This document shows, piece after piece, positions 12,901 through 20,450 of a stretch of DNA of 64,000 nt; position 1 is the first letter of the stretch, and each line of letters starts with the position of its first letter. A program made the translations under genes and the position numbers. The notes beneath the pieces were generated by a model. It was not told where the DNA came from and ran no database searches. It saw only the letters and a program-made list of their open reading frames with translations. Origin of the DNA: a virus. The stretch spans positions 1 through 64,000 of the IMG/VR virus record IMGVR_UViG_3300030117_005706, one strand, 5' to 3'.

Positions 12901-15900
12901 GTTGTTTTACGACACTCAGTTCACTGCAACGAATCCACCTGCTCATGCACACCCGATGTCGTATGTGTTTACCGACTTTGCAGGCGTCTCGATGGGTGCA
13001 GCAGGTCTTGCTACCACACTTGCACGTTCGTGTGTATGGCACATGGACGGTGGCTATCACCCCGGCGGTCACTTCCTTGACAATCACATCGAGCGTAACC
13101 CAAAGCATCCAATATCAAATAGTCGCATTGCAGGCGGCTCAGATGCTCAACAAAACCCAACAGTATTCCGTGTGTCGTCTTTGTTAGGAACTGCTTACTT
13201 AGGTACGTTTGGAGGCGAAACAGACATGACAAGCAACTCAGACTACGTTGTCATTGATGCTACACGCGCACAAAACGCTGAGGAACTTGCTGCCATTGTT
13301 TCAGCGGGTGTTAATACATTCCCCGGAACGGACCCATTGAAAGCCATAGGCGGAACATTTTTGCCTTCGTTCCAAACCGCAGCCAAGCAAGATAGGTATG
13401 GGTGGGTTGAACTTGTCATGAATGCAAATGGGTACACAGAACAGGGTGGTGCAGCCGCTACACTACAAGCAACTGCTGCTATACCTACGACGTTACCGCA
13501 GTATGGTTGGCTGCGAGTGACTGACGGTGCCGCTATCAATGGGTTTGCTTCCTATTCATCTTACACAAGTTCGACGTTCACGCTGGCTAAGAATCTGACA
13601 ACGACGACAAACATTGTCGACCCAACAACAAAGACTGCAATTGTGGCTGCACCTCTTAACTCGCTTCCCGGTGGCGCTGTCAAGATTTACGTATGGACTA
13701 AAGCGGGTGCACATCGCTACAACAACACAAGCCAATCTCGTGACCATATGACACAAGTTCACTACAGTGGTTACATCGATGCTGTTGACCGAACTAAGCC
13801 AATTGGAGCAGTCGGCTGGTCAGGAGAAGCGTATTCGTATCTAAACTCGTACAATGGCACTCAAATTGGTAGCACCAAATTCCCTGCGGGCAAAGGTGCA
13901 TGGCATCCGTTCCTTGGATTCAATCCATACGGAGCAGCCGAATCCTGTTTGTCAGGTAGTTCACCCGTTGGTGCTGATTCAATGCCTGCCAGTGTGTATC
14001 AACAGTCGTGCGAAGTTGGCTTAGCCTCACGTCACTTGATTGCTATCACGCACGAAAGTGAGATGCCTTTGATTGCAAAGGCTGACCGTGATGGTATTTT
14101 GTGTGCAGGTGATTGGCTTGACCTCAAGCGAAGCGGCACTCTCGCTAATGCAGGTACAACGCAATGGGACACTGCAAAGGTACACAACCGTGACCGATAC
14201 GTTGGTCCCGCTACAGCAGGCCCGCACGTTGAAGCGATGATGTTGGCCGATGTAAGTTCTTACCCACAAACAGCCTCGTACCCTGCTGTTGGCACGGAAA
14301 CGTACTGGCACAGTCGTGTTACATCAGCAGCACACATTGAGCGTGCTGACCCGTGTCAAAGCCCTACTGGTGATTTGTTTTGGGACGAGTCAAAGGTTAC
14401 TGCGAGTCAGTTCCACGAAGATACTGCCACATACGGCGTGACTTGTCAAGGTATTACATCACTGACACAATACAGTGCTACAGGCACTGGCATTTACAAA
14501 TTCTACAAAACACAACACCCTGCTCGTAACTTCAACGAAGAACACGTTGTATGGAAGCGTATGGACGGCGGTAACCTTACCATGCCTGCGGTCAACGCAC
14601 GGGGTCTTGGTATGGTACCGTGGGTCTATAGAAAGGATGGCGGAGCCTACAAGAAGGTCGGTGAGAAGATACTTGGAAACAATCGATTTTCGTTTGAAAC
14701 AACGAATGGTGCAATGTTCCCAATCATTCAGGCACAGGAGTTATCACACCCGCAACTGGCTGAACAGAATCAATTTGCTACAAAGGTAGAAGATGCACTG
14801 CTCATTCCAAACGAAGAGATTCAGTTCCAAAGCCTACAGGTCGTTGACGATACTGGGCAAGAGCACAGAATTGCAGGTGGCAGTCCACTCGGAACAGTCA
14901 TTCTCGATTTTAGGCATCTAAGCGATAGAGAAATAGAAGGCTTATCACCTGCACTTGCAGGCTCAGGCATCTCGCCTAATTTGAAAATCCGACTTCCTGA
15001 CCCTGATGACATTCCGGGTAACATCATTGTACGACCAAGTTTTGACCGCATACAAGGCTATCAGAACGAAACGATGGGTAGCGGCGGTATGCAACATCCA
15101 TCACAACCTCAACAAGCGATTACGGATATGTTCAGTAATGCAAAGCCCGGACCACGTGCTTGGCCTACGTGGGAGAATAACGGATGGGAGCACCTAAGCC
15201 AAGATGGTACCGACATCTCTACAACAAAGAGTGCAACACGACTCGGCTCTCCTGACTCTTCTGTCGAGGGTTGGTCTGACCACACAAACAACAATCCGCT
15301 TGAGACAGCATACGAGCCACATGACCGTTCATTGCAATTCCACATCACACGCATGGGCGTAACAATGACGCATCGTGACGACGTCGATGAACTGACATTC
15401 ACTTCCTTGTCAGGCACTGACATCAATGTAGGTTCGACGCCTGAGGACGCTGTATGGAAGGTCACCAGTGAACAAAGCGGTGGTCGTTGGTTCTTGCGAG
15501 TCTACGACCCGACGACAAACAAAGGTGTTATTGCATCCTATACTAATACGGGGTCAAGTAAATTTACTGGTGTGGTTGTATCTCCTGACTTTGTATCGTT
15601 TGTCACAGGTAAGACTGGTCTCAAAGTTGTACCTTCTTACTACATGCCTGCGGGTAGCACTCGTTTCTTTGCATCACGTCGATTGCGTGACCATAGCGAG
15701 TACAGTGGCTCAAGCCCTGACATGCCAAACATCGACTGGTCAAGCATTACTACGACTCCTTACACACAATTGACTGCACCAAAGATGACGCCTATGCCAA
15801 TCCCTCGTATGGGCCATCATTACGTCACTCCAACAATGGCATTACTACCCGGTCATTACGCTCACCCTGCCTATCAACGAATGTATGATTTACACCTTGC

Positions 15901-18900
15901 TTGTCGAAGCGCATCAAATAAGCCGTTTGAAGATGCTTACTTGGGCGATAGCGAAGTAGTCAGCAACGCACCGGGGCGTGACCCGCTTGTATGGTTCAGC
16001 GGACCAACGGCTGCGTTTGCACCATCTGATATTCACGGTGGTGCGTTTACGCTCATGACCGAGACGAAGGTCAAGTACGATGGTTATGGTATCGCTGCAT
16101 CGAACGGTTCGGCAGGGACAACCAATTCACAAGGCGGACATTCAATTGTGTTGGAAGCAGCGGGAACGTACACGCTTGACAACCACTTCCCTGACCCAAT
16201 GGAAGTCGGGGCGTATCAGATTATCATTCAGCCGAACGTGTTCTCACAACAGATTACTGGTTACCATCTCAATCACAGTGATGCAACCAAAGCCCCATCC
16301 GAGTCAGGTACGAAGGTAACTGAATTAACAGGGCAACAAGTCAACACTGTCATCGCCATAGAGCATGACAAATCTAACCTTGGTGCAATGACGCTTGTCC
16401 TTGCCGAAGCAACGATGGCCGATGTAAGAGGTTGTGAAATCATCATCAACGAAGTCATACTTGACTTGGAACCTGATGCGGGAAGTCAATTCACCAACAT
16501 ACCTACACTGGGATTGTATAATCCGCTTGGCGTTGATGAAACTGCTTCACCTGCGTTCACACGCCGTAGTCTACCATACCGACCGAACATGTTCATTCAA
16601 ACAACACCGGGTATGACTACAACAGTACCATGGTGGGCGCAGTTGCACAAAGATGGTGCACGTAACAGTGCGGCTGACGAGTTCAAGTTCCTTGAGTGGC
16701 ACACACCGGACCATTACTATCAACTCAATCGACCTGCTTTTGGTGCGGTTGGTGCACAGATTACTCTTGCAGGTTTCTCAACAATCTACCCTGACATCTA
16801 CGGCGAGCACTACCGAGCACGTAGCCTGAACCCAAGTTGTGTTGTGATTTCTTCTGACGCAAGCGCACAGACTGTCACAGTCGACAGCAACGAGTTGTTC
16901 CCTGTCGAGCCGTACTACGGTGAAGTGTTGGAGTATATCGATGCCGATGGTGAGCGCCGTACGGCTACTTACACAAATCGCACAGGCACACTGGCACACG
17001 CTACATTGGCTGCTGCTACGATATTTGAAGGCGTATCGACAGCCAACTTGTTCTTCACCAACCTTACAGCAGGTACAATCCTACGGCTTAGTGGGCCATA
17101 CGATAACAGAAAGGCAGGCGAGGTGTTCAAGGATTCTGAATCAAGCATTGCTACACGCACCCTTGCTCAGACGTTTGCAGGCACACGAGATACCAACTCG
17201 TTGCATACACCTGATGCATTCCTGTGCATGTGGCATCCGAATCTCGGTCGCCCGTATACATACTACTCAGATGACAGCAGTCGTTCGTTCTATAGCGCCA
17301 CAGGTGCAGCCGACTCACCTGTCAACAAGGCATCGCTCAACAACATCCCTGAGCATTTTGAGACAATTCACTACCACGACTTCTTCTATGCAGCGTCAAA
17401 GGGTCCGTTTGCTCTTGGCATGAAGTGGGTTGCTCCACCACATGATGCTGATAACGATGGGGCTACGGCTGACTTCCACGACGGAACGGTATATACCGCT
17501 GCACAAATGGATGCACTTGTTGATGCTTCGGGTACACTCGACCACCAAGGTGGTACGGATGGCTCAGACAAATACAACTTTGCAGGCTACTGGCCGAGTG
17601 GTTCTCGTGGAGGCGCAGGTTCAAGTCGCCTCGACGGATTCCTTGAGGCTGTCATTGGATGGGGCGGTAAGTTGTTTGGTATAGATTGCGTTGGATTCCG
17701 TGACGATAGCGGTATTGAAGAACGCACCTATGCACAGATGACAACCGATTCAGACTATGCACGGAACACATGCTTCGGTTACCGCTTCTCGGTAAGACAG
17801 CCGTACAATCGACCACGATGGTCGCCATACGTGCGGGGTTGGATTGAGGGCACAGGTACAACGAATGCGTTGCTCGGCTACTACCACGGTCCGTTTGTTC
17901 AACAAGATAACAAAACAAACGGCTGGGATTACGTTGGTGCTGACAGCAGTCAATCGGATGCGGACTTCCCTGCTACCTACACTGGTATACTGGAGCGACT
18001 GACGCAAATCAGCGCTATGCTCAACCAAGACCAAATCGGTCGACAGGTACGATACAGCGACGGTCGTCGGATGACGCAGCCGTTTGGTTGCCCTGTCCGA
18101 ACGGTGCGTAATGCGTCGACAGTACGACGCATGTACCCAAACGACCACGCAGGCTTGGGCATTGCTGAACTTGCTCAGGCTCATCGCTTCTACTTAATTG
18201 ACTGGTGGGGCAACACACGTGGTGAAGACGTGCGTCGATTCCCAGTGCGTGGATTCGGTATTCGGCCTGCGTGGGACCCTGAGGATGCTTACGCCGACAC
18301 GAACGTCGCACATCGACCTGCTGCGAACAGCCTGTTTGGTGGTGACGGCACTGACCGCTACAGTGGTAACGCCAACAACGACAACAACGCATCTTCAAAC
18401 ATGGGCACTGCGGACTGGTTTAACCCTGTCAGTGCTATGCGAGTGGGTGACCGTGGTGACGGGCGTGGTGTCCGTTGGCCTACACACTTCAACGAGAGTC
18501 TGTTGGCCGATGTATCTGAAACAGTTGAGCCATCAGGTTTGGTTGTTTCACAACCTACCGCTGAGCCAACTGTAGGAAAGGGATTGATTCGTCCACGAAA
18601 CGACGTACTGCAAACAGACGAAGTCGAACGTGGTATCAGCAATCGACTTGGTCTTGCCGACGAAGATGGATTGCTCAAGCCGACCGCTATGGTCAGCGAA
18701 GGAGTTGAGTCAGTAACTGCTAACTCGCTGTTGGCCGAGCCTGTTGGTGGTGACGGTGTGCGTGCAGGGCTTGACGTTGATACTCTTGGCGAACTGAATG
18801 ATGGTATCAGCCGTGAGTACGTCATCATGAGCACAGAAGCACACAGCCTGCACACTGACCGTGAGGTCGGACAACGTACGACACTGCGTGGAGCACTCAA

Positions 18901-19876
18901 CATTGGTAGTCAGACACTTGGACATCTTGACATGACATCGCTCTCTTGGAGTGGACAGCCTGTCAAGGGTGTGCTGCGTGTATCGAACGCTCACGCATTT
19001 TGGGCGCTCGGTGGCACATACGTGATGGATTGGTCGGTGCGAGAAGGTGTGCTGTCCGACTTCGGCTGGGGCGCAACTGCTGCGGCTGACTCGACCAACC
19101 CGTATCAGGATGCGAACCATTCGCCAAAGGTTGACCGTACGAACAACACGGACAGTACAATTGAGTTCTTACTGCGTCCGGTCATGACACTTGACAAGTC
19201 ACACATCCAAATGTTCCGACACAACCCTGTCGTGACAGGCAGTACACCGCAGGCCAGTCCGAACTTTTATGCAGCCACAGGTGGCTGTAAGTATGGCTTC
19301 TATGTCAGTGACGCACCGTCAGCCCGTACAGGTACGCCTTCGTCGCCTCCGTACAAGCCAGTGCACGGAATTAACCCAGCGATTACTTCAAGCGGTGTGC
19401 TTATCAACAATGGAGGAGGCTATTCCGCAGGCACTACAGGTGCCATGACAGTAGACACGGTAAGCGCTACGGTACACTTTGCTGTGGGCGACCGTGTATA
19501 CAATAGTTCCAGTGTACTGATAGGCACGGTCACAGCAGTAGCGACTACGTCCGTTACCATAGGAGCAGGTACTATCGTTTCTGTTGCTAACAATGATGCT
19601 CTTTACAAGAGCGACATCAAGACATCATCAAGTGACGGTCCGAAGATTCTCGGTGTCGACGTCACAGGATATACGAAGACCGATGTAACACAGCCAGTCG
19701 CCCGTATCGTCATGAGTGAGAACACGCTTGAGCACTTCCGTAGTGATGCGCCTCGTCGATTGGCTGAGGACGGTGAGTCTGACTTCTCAGTCCAGCCACG
19801 TCACAGCCAAACCCTGCACCCGAAGGGCAGTTCGGGCGATACGTCTTTTAACACGGGCGACCACAGTGGAGAGTGA
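3953..19876 (+). CDS. Giant virion/tail protein with N-terminal LamG (concanavalin-like) domain
   Basis: 5307-aa uninterrupted ORF; LamG hallmarks SFTFESWI, FRGTIETI, LGLWRFEE; G/S/T-rich beta modules. Confidence 0.8.
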   Translation: MFDLVVSADSTHAMRFNGISDAVIIPMQSFSQNAGNLQSGVPTSEMSIPTILDSFTFESWIIPDSGGIVWEYEHVMRLVVGAPSSSAPASFQVKLRSKSTGNENTFTLSSATAVTKPDGTVSHYDGVLYPRAALDLHNSYDALDGSKSDNAAVHDGHRELLQVAIVFDKRHLSLRINGDVVATKTLDSDHELVLYPTQIFVGGQGGEFRGTIETIHWARGALDSSIDPHAPVSTDSTLGLWRFEEPVEPISTILTLPSLSASTSANSAITIGTTEAQSLIDTLTGKSGITSLDLTSTTYSAGNYTVTKNAANSESTITIPQVSFNLLINPLGYNRTTGVANREAPERVRLTNVDASAGTITVESIHLDFVSNTTNGRRGLLMAHSASDAVIVIGDCLVDSGTGNQGVGTGTQFSNRQGQVVIDESSFENHGIVFSTRMAIADDPYMKFSATTNMGTAFTAGHTGRHILNHVKSHPYIGMLPRPINSEVEQNIDGSASVMTATFGPQYANVRDAAPANSVVSFYDVTGPFSVMSTRFTDTPTQVVENGMAGISDTKRGLLAIGGLFDVSPFLLRSGPDSIPEDNSDEHIRHMTPSKETRTAILEVPSLATYNRPTLVQVKYNAVDITGRGIKHAATARLTTGIGGSGTVLTFPSVKQFGANGQKIPADFISIDGEVAGVNSIVATINHSANTLTFGSAATSAFQTAATANAIVNVHLNGGALLVESTYPDVAEEVTSGTRIIDLIHTDVEAGTAQLHSAGGVIRMVSNSQMLFKEGELNGDDEEGYQTERALDFSMCPDNYLPLHSTDSAQLNPRRIFSPRASDTTRDSVFNRIVITPSGNTSDNFDVDTDGYLVQGKQGAVRKSTGVFVNNGSGHAAGTTTITVDGANATNFFAAGTNVYSLDGVLLGAVNSSTSTSITLAAGSTQAVVDNEELFYQPRKSAIGTVSQSSAVHEVFDIISHRTDRNFVEFVVQPSDRNRFTQLAKLFTTGDGTLVRANQFEIHYLMGRGRALTMSDGDAGTSILRAHGLGADMAANSISVKGDGAPDSFVVKETMPGSPVVTVTLGGAGQGAINTKPTYNPSPTARLGWSTRRDCSVRVSATTSTKVTVVPLNNKSSALASWGTYCFPKVGRIYFAVPVESGDSATKYASAEYTSKDGTQFTFSSGTGHTGSGKFVLTDGSESDSLSAWLTATGLKVGSTVEVDDQFNEGSMCNDGTTINDRLFQTLDTVQHDYQLGTQYASTRAMVEIPLFDDFFFENEDEGIFPGPDNSMKLHLDPTYAAPTWAPNPVGRRAPSIAPEDPTVNSAFSTSIKTNSHRRGTVISQPYDSANRRIYVQDYKVFPIATAAPATVASIDGALRFRRAFLPSGEWVLYDVRNTSGYLEVAGSTTADDNWAFSKNFLQELSVGVSIIPASGFQDMNYPSIADNPLVDSAGFESRRPYYFDRANVMTQGGNVDYGMKQYVSAVEFRAGPRANPHLKRIKNKRARSTNNQAYLSSTLFLTDISDFPKSNAHASNYKYRIAWWNGTVYKFAHYDTINTTTGAMVLNNIDSGFTPQIGDEIILWDMHAPSGIYPEVKEDAFLNTTWANPYCNGGLRAGDTIWMNMHYTNPHAVEGLFCKSRGTLNEAEVWSGFLEGEGDFATTPRESIAMENFLIGNSCIETARNFVQHVNKTIELNYEALGLSATNAPTVAYIDPYQSTEEHARVLLYDVAHDREFIAFQDLWMQVQSSPQAATIGNEPTSAGTINNQSTGAGTGLDVANGFPSQNKSLASTTPSEFMEAAMAHKSTWNLNVALGTHATGYHGHTPSDPDLVGIQIRTNPAVSSTKDDLANDEHQQINVSTTENSTFFDTPDGTRCIPVFLALKGIRTTSLDLSTHEESRLQHLPHWSDMDFVRRLTIDFGEIGMKDGIRNIEAAAREIVRLINQAGAPNGRTHARKPADQYFGESERFALSRVANQADVTNGIIDPTAAHLNAGFAATGSTHDPSPFWDRERAFASHDRGTHMGYMRAHLGRVVADSGGKPGFSIIIHSTIPGASGRNFCVWLDNARGQLSYRPQFLIGHGGRFRNYWCQPDEMTGENMHPAPMPINRFGRPFAPITTLKEYLPPDEVNEPFRNNLEFGPETTGTSSNMASSTSEIASGRNSNTIIDESFEAKSPASQLIDGLRIGTPARARINFGGLTQAGIPGWAPDAGNWGFGRDQQDTRFEHIYGNNVAAFAQHGTVDATSTGGYIPDEQLRTDNIGDGQLYGIRFIDHRGKNHTIRMVYRQHGQPFANDLTVLPSTLDDETVIHFDDRDVGQGGFTIGKHMFGEGDVCGEFTAGTKKKFKGNLWNNYPSPASGISATVQVVTVSGADALKITFTAPYDTSSTLNHPDILGYLGFPEKGVIQLNDVAGTGNSGEPLYYQSRSHHGKAGSSGVHYLYNVEGNTSAYGSGVTRIICPRMTFTSVLTDEVMAAAVEFALTMDDPNSENVDKTTFDCTHMLAPDGRTLGEWGVSPTAIRVKSHSASKRIIPLRKLFEVSREKDWGFQAGASVQATGTDHLGGLSSTEIEDGTRLDVGYIPKTVLHITTKYRGTNANTATPVLVDSANNVVDTIDWKQNLRGNTFYRTEGDRVIPCVNSPMVNVNSKTSTTITLPSSQYLYLITTPASTDTDSWAEKITVWLGSEESGIVSSKPGATSTSVLEYVADSAQWSGTIAANNILVRQGSIEYSSEVGGIRRAGSHHGEPFLHFRGAHDSPDHWVPLYFGGGFSGVTLDVNDGTQNDYSEFYEHPYSGGPTGSAGLQNVGEIAGSYALLDANAMLAMFPGTPYLDQHEGRNSMPFFNQDAMLSFDLDAGNSTNASSTGVTYTDSSTTVRCQRPSPIVLRFSHPHARYTATGDATDHTTYMIFGPGQSVPHNFAAHEPQLSSIVTGGNGYSGVPTGKNLPNEIAHGAASRNGFSAHLPPTAEYQKGNVQGYNYVMNWEPSKGHPNSTGFAQTAGQGLFYDTQFTATNPPAHAHPMSYVFTDFAGVSMGAAGLATTLARSCVWHMDGGYHPGGHFLDNHIERNPKHPISNSRIAGGSDAQQNPTVFRVSSLLGTAYLGTFGGETDMTSNSDYVVIDATRAQNAEELAAIVSAGVNTFPGTDPLKAIGGTFLPSFQTAAKQDRYGWVELVMNANGYTEQGGAAATLQATAAIPTTLPQYGWLRVTDGAAINGFASYSSYTSSTFTLAKNLTTTTNIVDPTTKTAIVAAPLNSLPGGAVKIYVWTKAGAHRYNNTSQSRDHMTQVHYSGYIDAVDRTKPIGAVGWSGEAYSYLNSYNGTQIGSTKFPAGKGAWHPFLGFNPYGAAESCLSGSSPVGADSMPASVYQQSCEVGLASRHLIAITHESEMPLIAKADRDGILCAGDWLDLKRSGTLANAGTTQWDTAKVHNRDRYVGPATAGPHVEAMMLADVSSYPQTASYPAVGTETYWHSRVTSAAHIERADPCQSPTGDLFWDESKVTASQFHEDTATYGVTCQGITSLTQYSATGTGIYKFYKTQHPARNFNEEHVVWKRMDGGNLTMPAVNARGLGMVPWVYRKDGGAYKKVGEKILGNNRFSFETTNGAMFPIIQAQELSHPQLAEQNQFATKVEDALLIPNEEIQFQSLQVVDDTGQEHRIAGGSPLGTVILDFRHLSDREIEGLSPALAGSGISPNLKIRLPDPDDIPGNIIVRPSFDRIQGYQNETMGSGGMQHPSQPQQAITDMFSNAKPGPRAWPTWENNGWEHLSQDGTDISTTKSATRLGSPDSSVEGWSDHTNNNPLETAYEPHDRSLQFHITRMGVTMTHRDDVDELTFTSLSGTDINVGSTPEDAVWKVTSEQSGGRWFLRVYDPTTNKGVIASYTNTGSSKFTGVVVSPDFVSFVTGKTGLKVVPSYYMPAGSTRFFASRRLRDHSEYSGSSPDMPNIDWSSITTTPYTQLTAPKMTPMPIPRMGHHYVTPTMALLPGHYAHPAYQRMYDLHLACRSASNKPFEDAYLGDSEVVSNAPGRDPLVWFSGPTAAFAPSDIHGGAFTLMTETKVKYDGYGIAASNGSAGTTNSQGGHSIVLEAAGTYTLDNHFPDPMEVGAYQIIIQPNVFSQQITGYHLNHSDATKAPSESGTKVTELTGQQVNTVIAIEHDKSNLGAMTLVLAEATMADVRGCEIIINEVILDLEPDAGSQFTNIPTLGLYNPLGVDETASPAFTRRSLPYRPNMFIQTTPGMTTTVPWWAQLHKDGARNSAADEFKFLEWHTPDHYYQLNRPAFGAVGAQITLAGFSTIYPDIYGEHYRARSLNPSCVVISSDASAQTVTVDSNELFPVEPYYGEVLEYIDADGERRTATYTNRTGTLAHATLAAATIFEGVSTANLFFTNLTAGTILRLSGPYDNRKAGEVFKDSESSIATRTLAQTFAGTRDTNSLHTPDAFLCMWHPNLGRPYTYYSDDSSRSFYSATGAADSPVNKASLNNIPEHFETIHYHDFFYAASKGPFALGMKWVAPPHDADNDGATADFHDGTVYTAAQMDALVDASGTLDHQGGTDGSDKYNFAGYWPSGSRGGAGSSRLDGFLEAVIGWGGKLFGIDCVGFRDDSGIEERTYAQMTTDSDYARNTCFGYRFSVRQPYNRPRWSPYVRGWIEGTGTTNALLGYYHGPFVQQDNKTNGWDYVGADSSQSDADFPATYTGILERLTQISAMLNQDQIGRQVRYSDGRRMTQPFGCPVRTVRNASTVRRMYPNDHAGLGIAELAQAHRFYLIDWWGNTRGEDVRRFPVRGFGIRPAWDPEDAYADTNVAHRPAANSLFGGDGTDRYSGNANNDNNASSNMGTADWFNPVSAMRVGDRGDGRGVRWPTHFNESLLADVSETVEPSGLVVSQPTAEPTVGKGLIRPRNDVLQTDEVERGISNRLGLADEDGLLKPTAMVSEGVESVTANSLLAEPVGGDGVRAGLDVDTLGELNDGISREYVIMSTEAHSLHTDREVGQRTTLRGALNIGSQTLGHLDMTSLSWSGQPVKGVLRVSNAHAFWALGGTYVMDWSVREGVLSDFGWGATAAADSTNPYQDANHSPKVDRTNNTDSTIEFLLRPVMTLDKSHIQMFRHNPVVTGSTPQASPNFYAATGGCKYGFYVSDAPSARTGTPSSPPYKPVHGINPAITSSGVLINNGGGYSAGTTGAMTVDTVSATVHFAVGDRVYNSSSVLIGTVTAVATTSVTIGAGTIVSVANNDALYKSDIKTSSSDGPKILGVDVTGYTKTDVTQPVARIVMSENTLEHFRSDAPRRLAEDGESDFSVQPRHSQTLHPKGSSGDTSFNTGDHSGE

Positions 19877-19880
19877 TAGC

Positions 19881-20450
19881 ATGACACCGATGGATGAGGC
19901 TTGGCTTATTCTCAAAACCAGTCGGCAAATGAAGTTGTACAATTACATAGAAGACTATCCCGGTATGGCTCCAGTGACCGCCTATCGAGGAGTTCCTTTT
20001 TTGAGTACACGACCGCGTGACATATCCACACACAGTCAAAAGCGTAATAACCCTGTAGATATGAATACTATGGGTACGTTTTGGGCTGAACAAGGTACGA
20101 ACGAACCTCATGCGACTGCGTCAACCTTTGGTATTAGGGGGGCGGAAGAAGGGCGACCTGCGCTTTCACGTGTTCGTGTGCTTGGACACAGAGGTCCGTT
20201 AGAAAGTAGTGGTAAAGTTCAGCGAAGAACGGGAGTATGGAACCCTACAAATGATGCGTTTTTGGACGAGGCAATTCTTTCTCATAACAAACCACTTGAT
20301 TTAGAAAACTTAGTCATCTCTTTGCCATCAGAAAGTGAAACATTTGGCATGACTGGGGATGAATATGTAAATTGGGTTACTGAGCAAAAAAAGTTACGTC
20401 CGGGTTCTTATACTGATGTTGAACCTGATTTGTTATTGGAGGACAATTAG
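19881..20450 (+). CDS. AWxxLK-tagged protein with putative ADP-ribosyltransferase fold
   Basis: Likely start ATG 19881 (MTPMDEAWLILK); TAYRG...GTFWAE...ATASTFG...DEAIL pattern resembles ART strands. Confidence 0.55.
   Translation: MTPMDEAWLILKTSRQMKLYNYIEDYPGMAPVTAYRGVPFLSTRPRDISTHSQKRNNPVDMNTMGTFWAEQGTNEPHATASTFGIRGAEEGRPALSRVRVLGHRGPLESSGKVQRRTGVWNPTNDAFLDEAILSHNKPLDLENLVISLPSESETFGMTGDEYVNWVTEQKKLRPGSYTDVEPDLLLEDN

Noticed and set aside
4202-19160. Many 60-230 aa alternative-frame ORFs inside the giant gene
   Set aside because: Expected shadows of a long coding frame; no motifs or SD sites
19716-19880. N-terminal extension of the 244-aa ORF in the track
   Set aside because: Overlaps the giant gene; the tag-bearing ATG at 19881 is the better start
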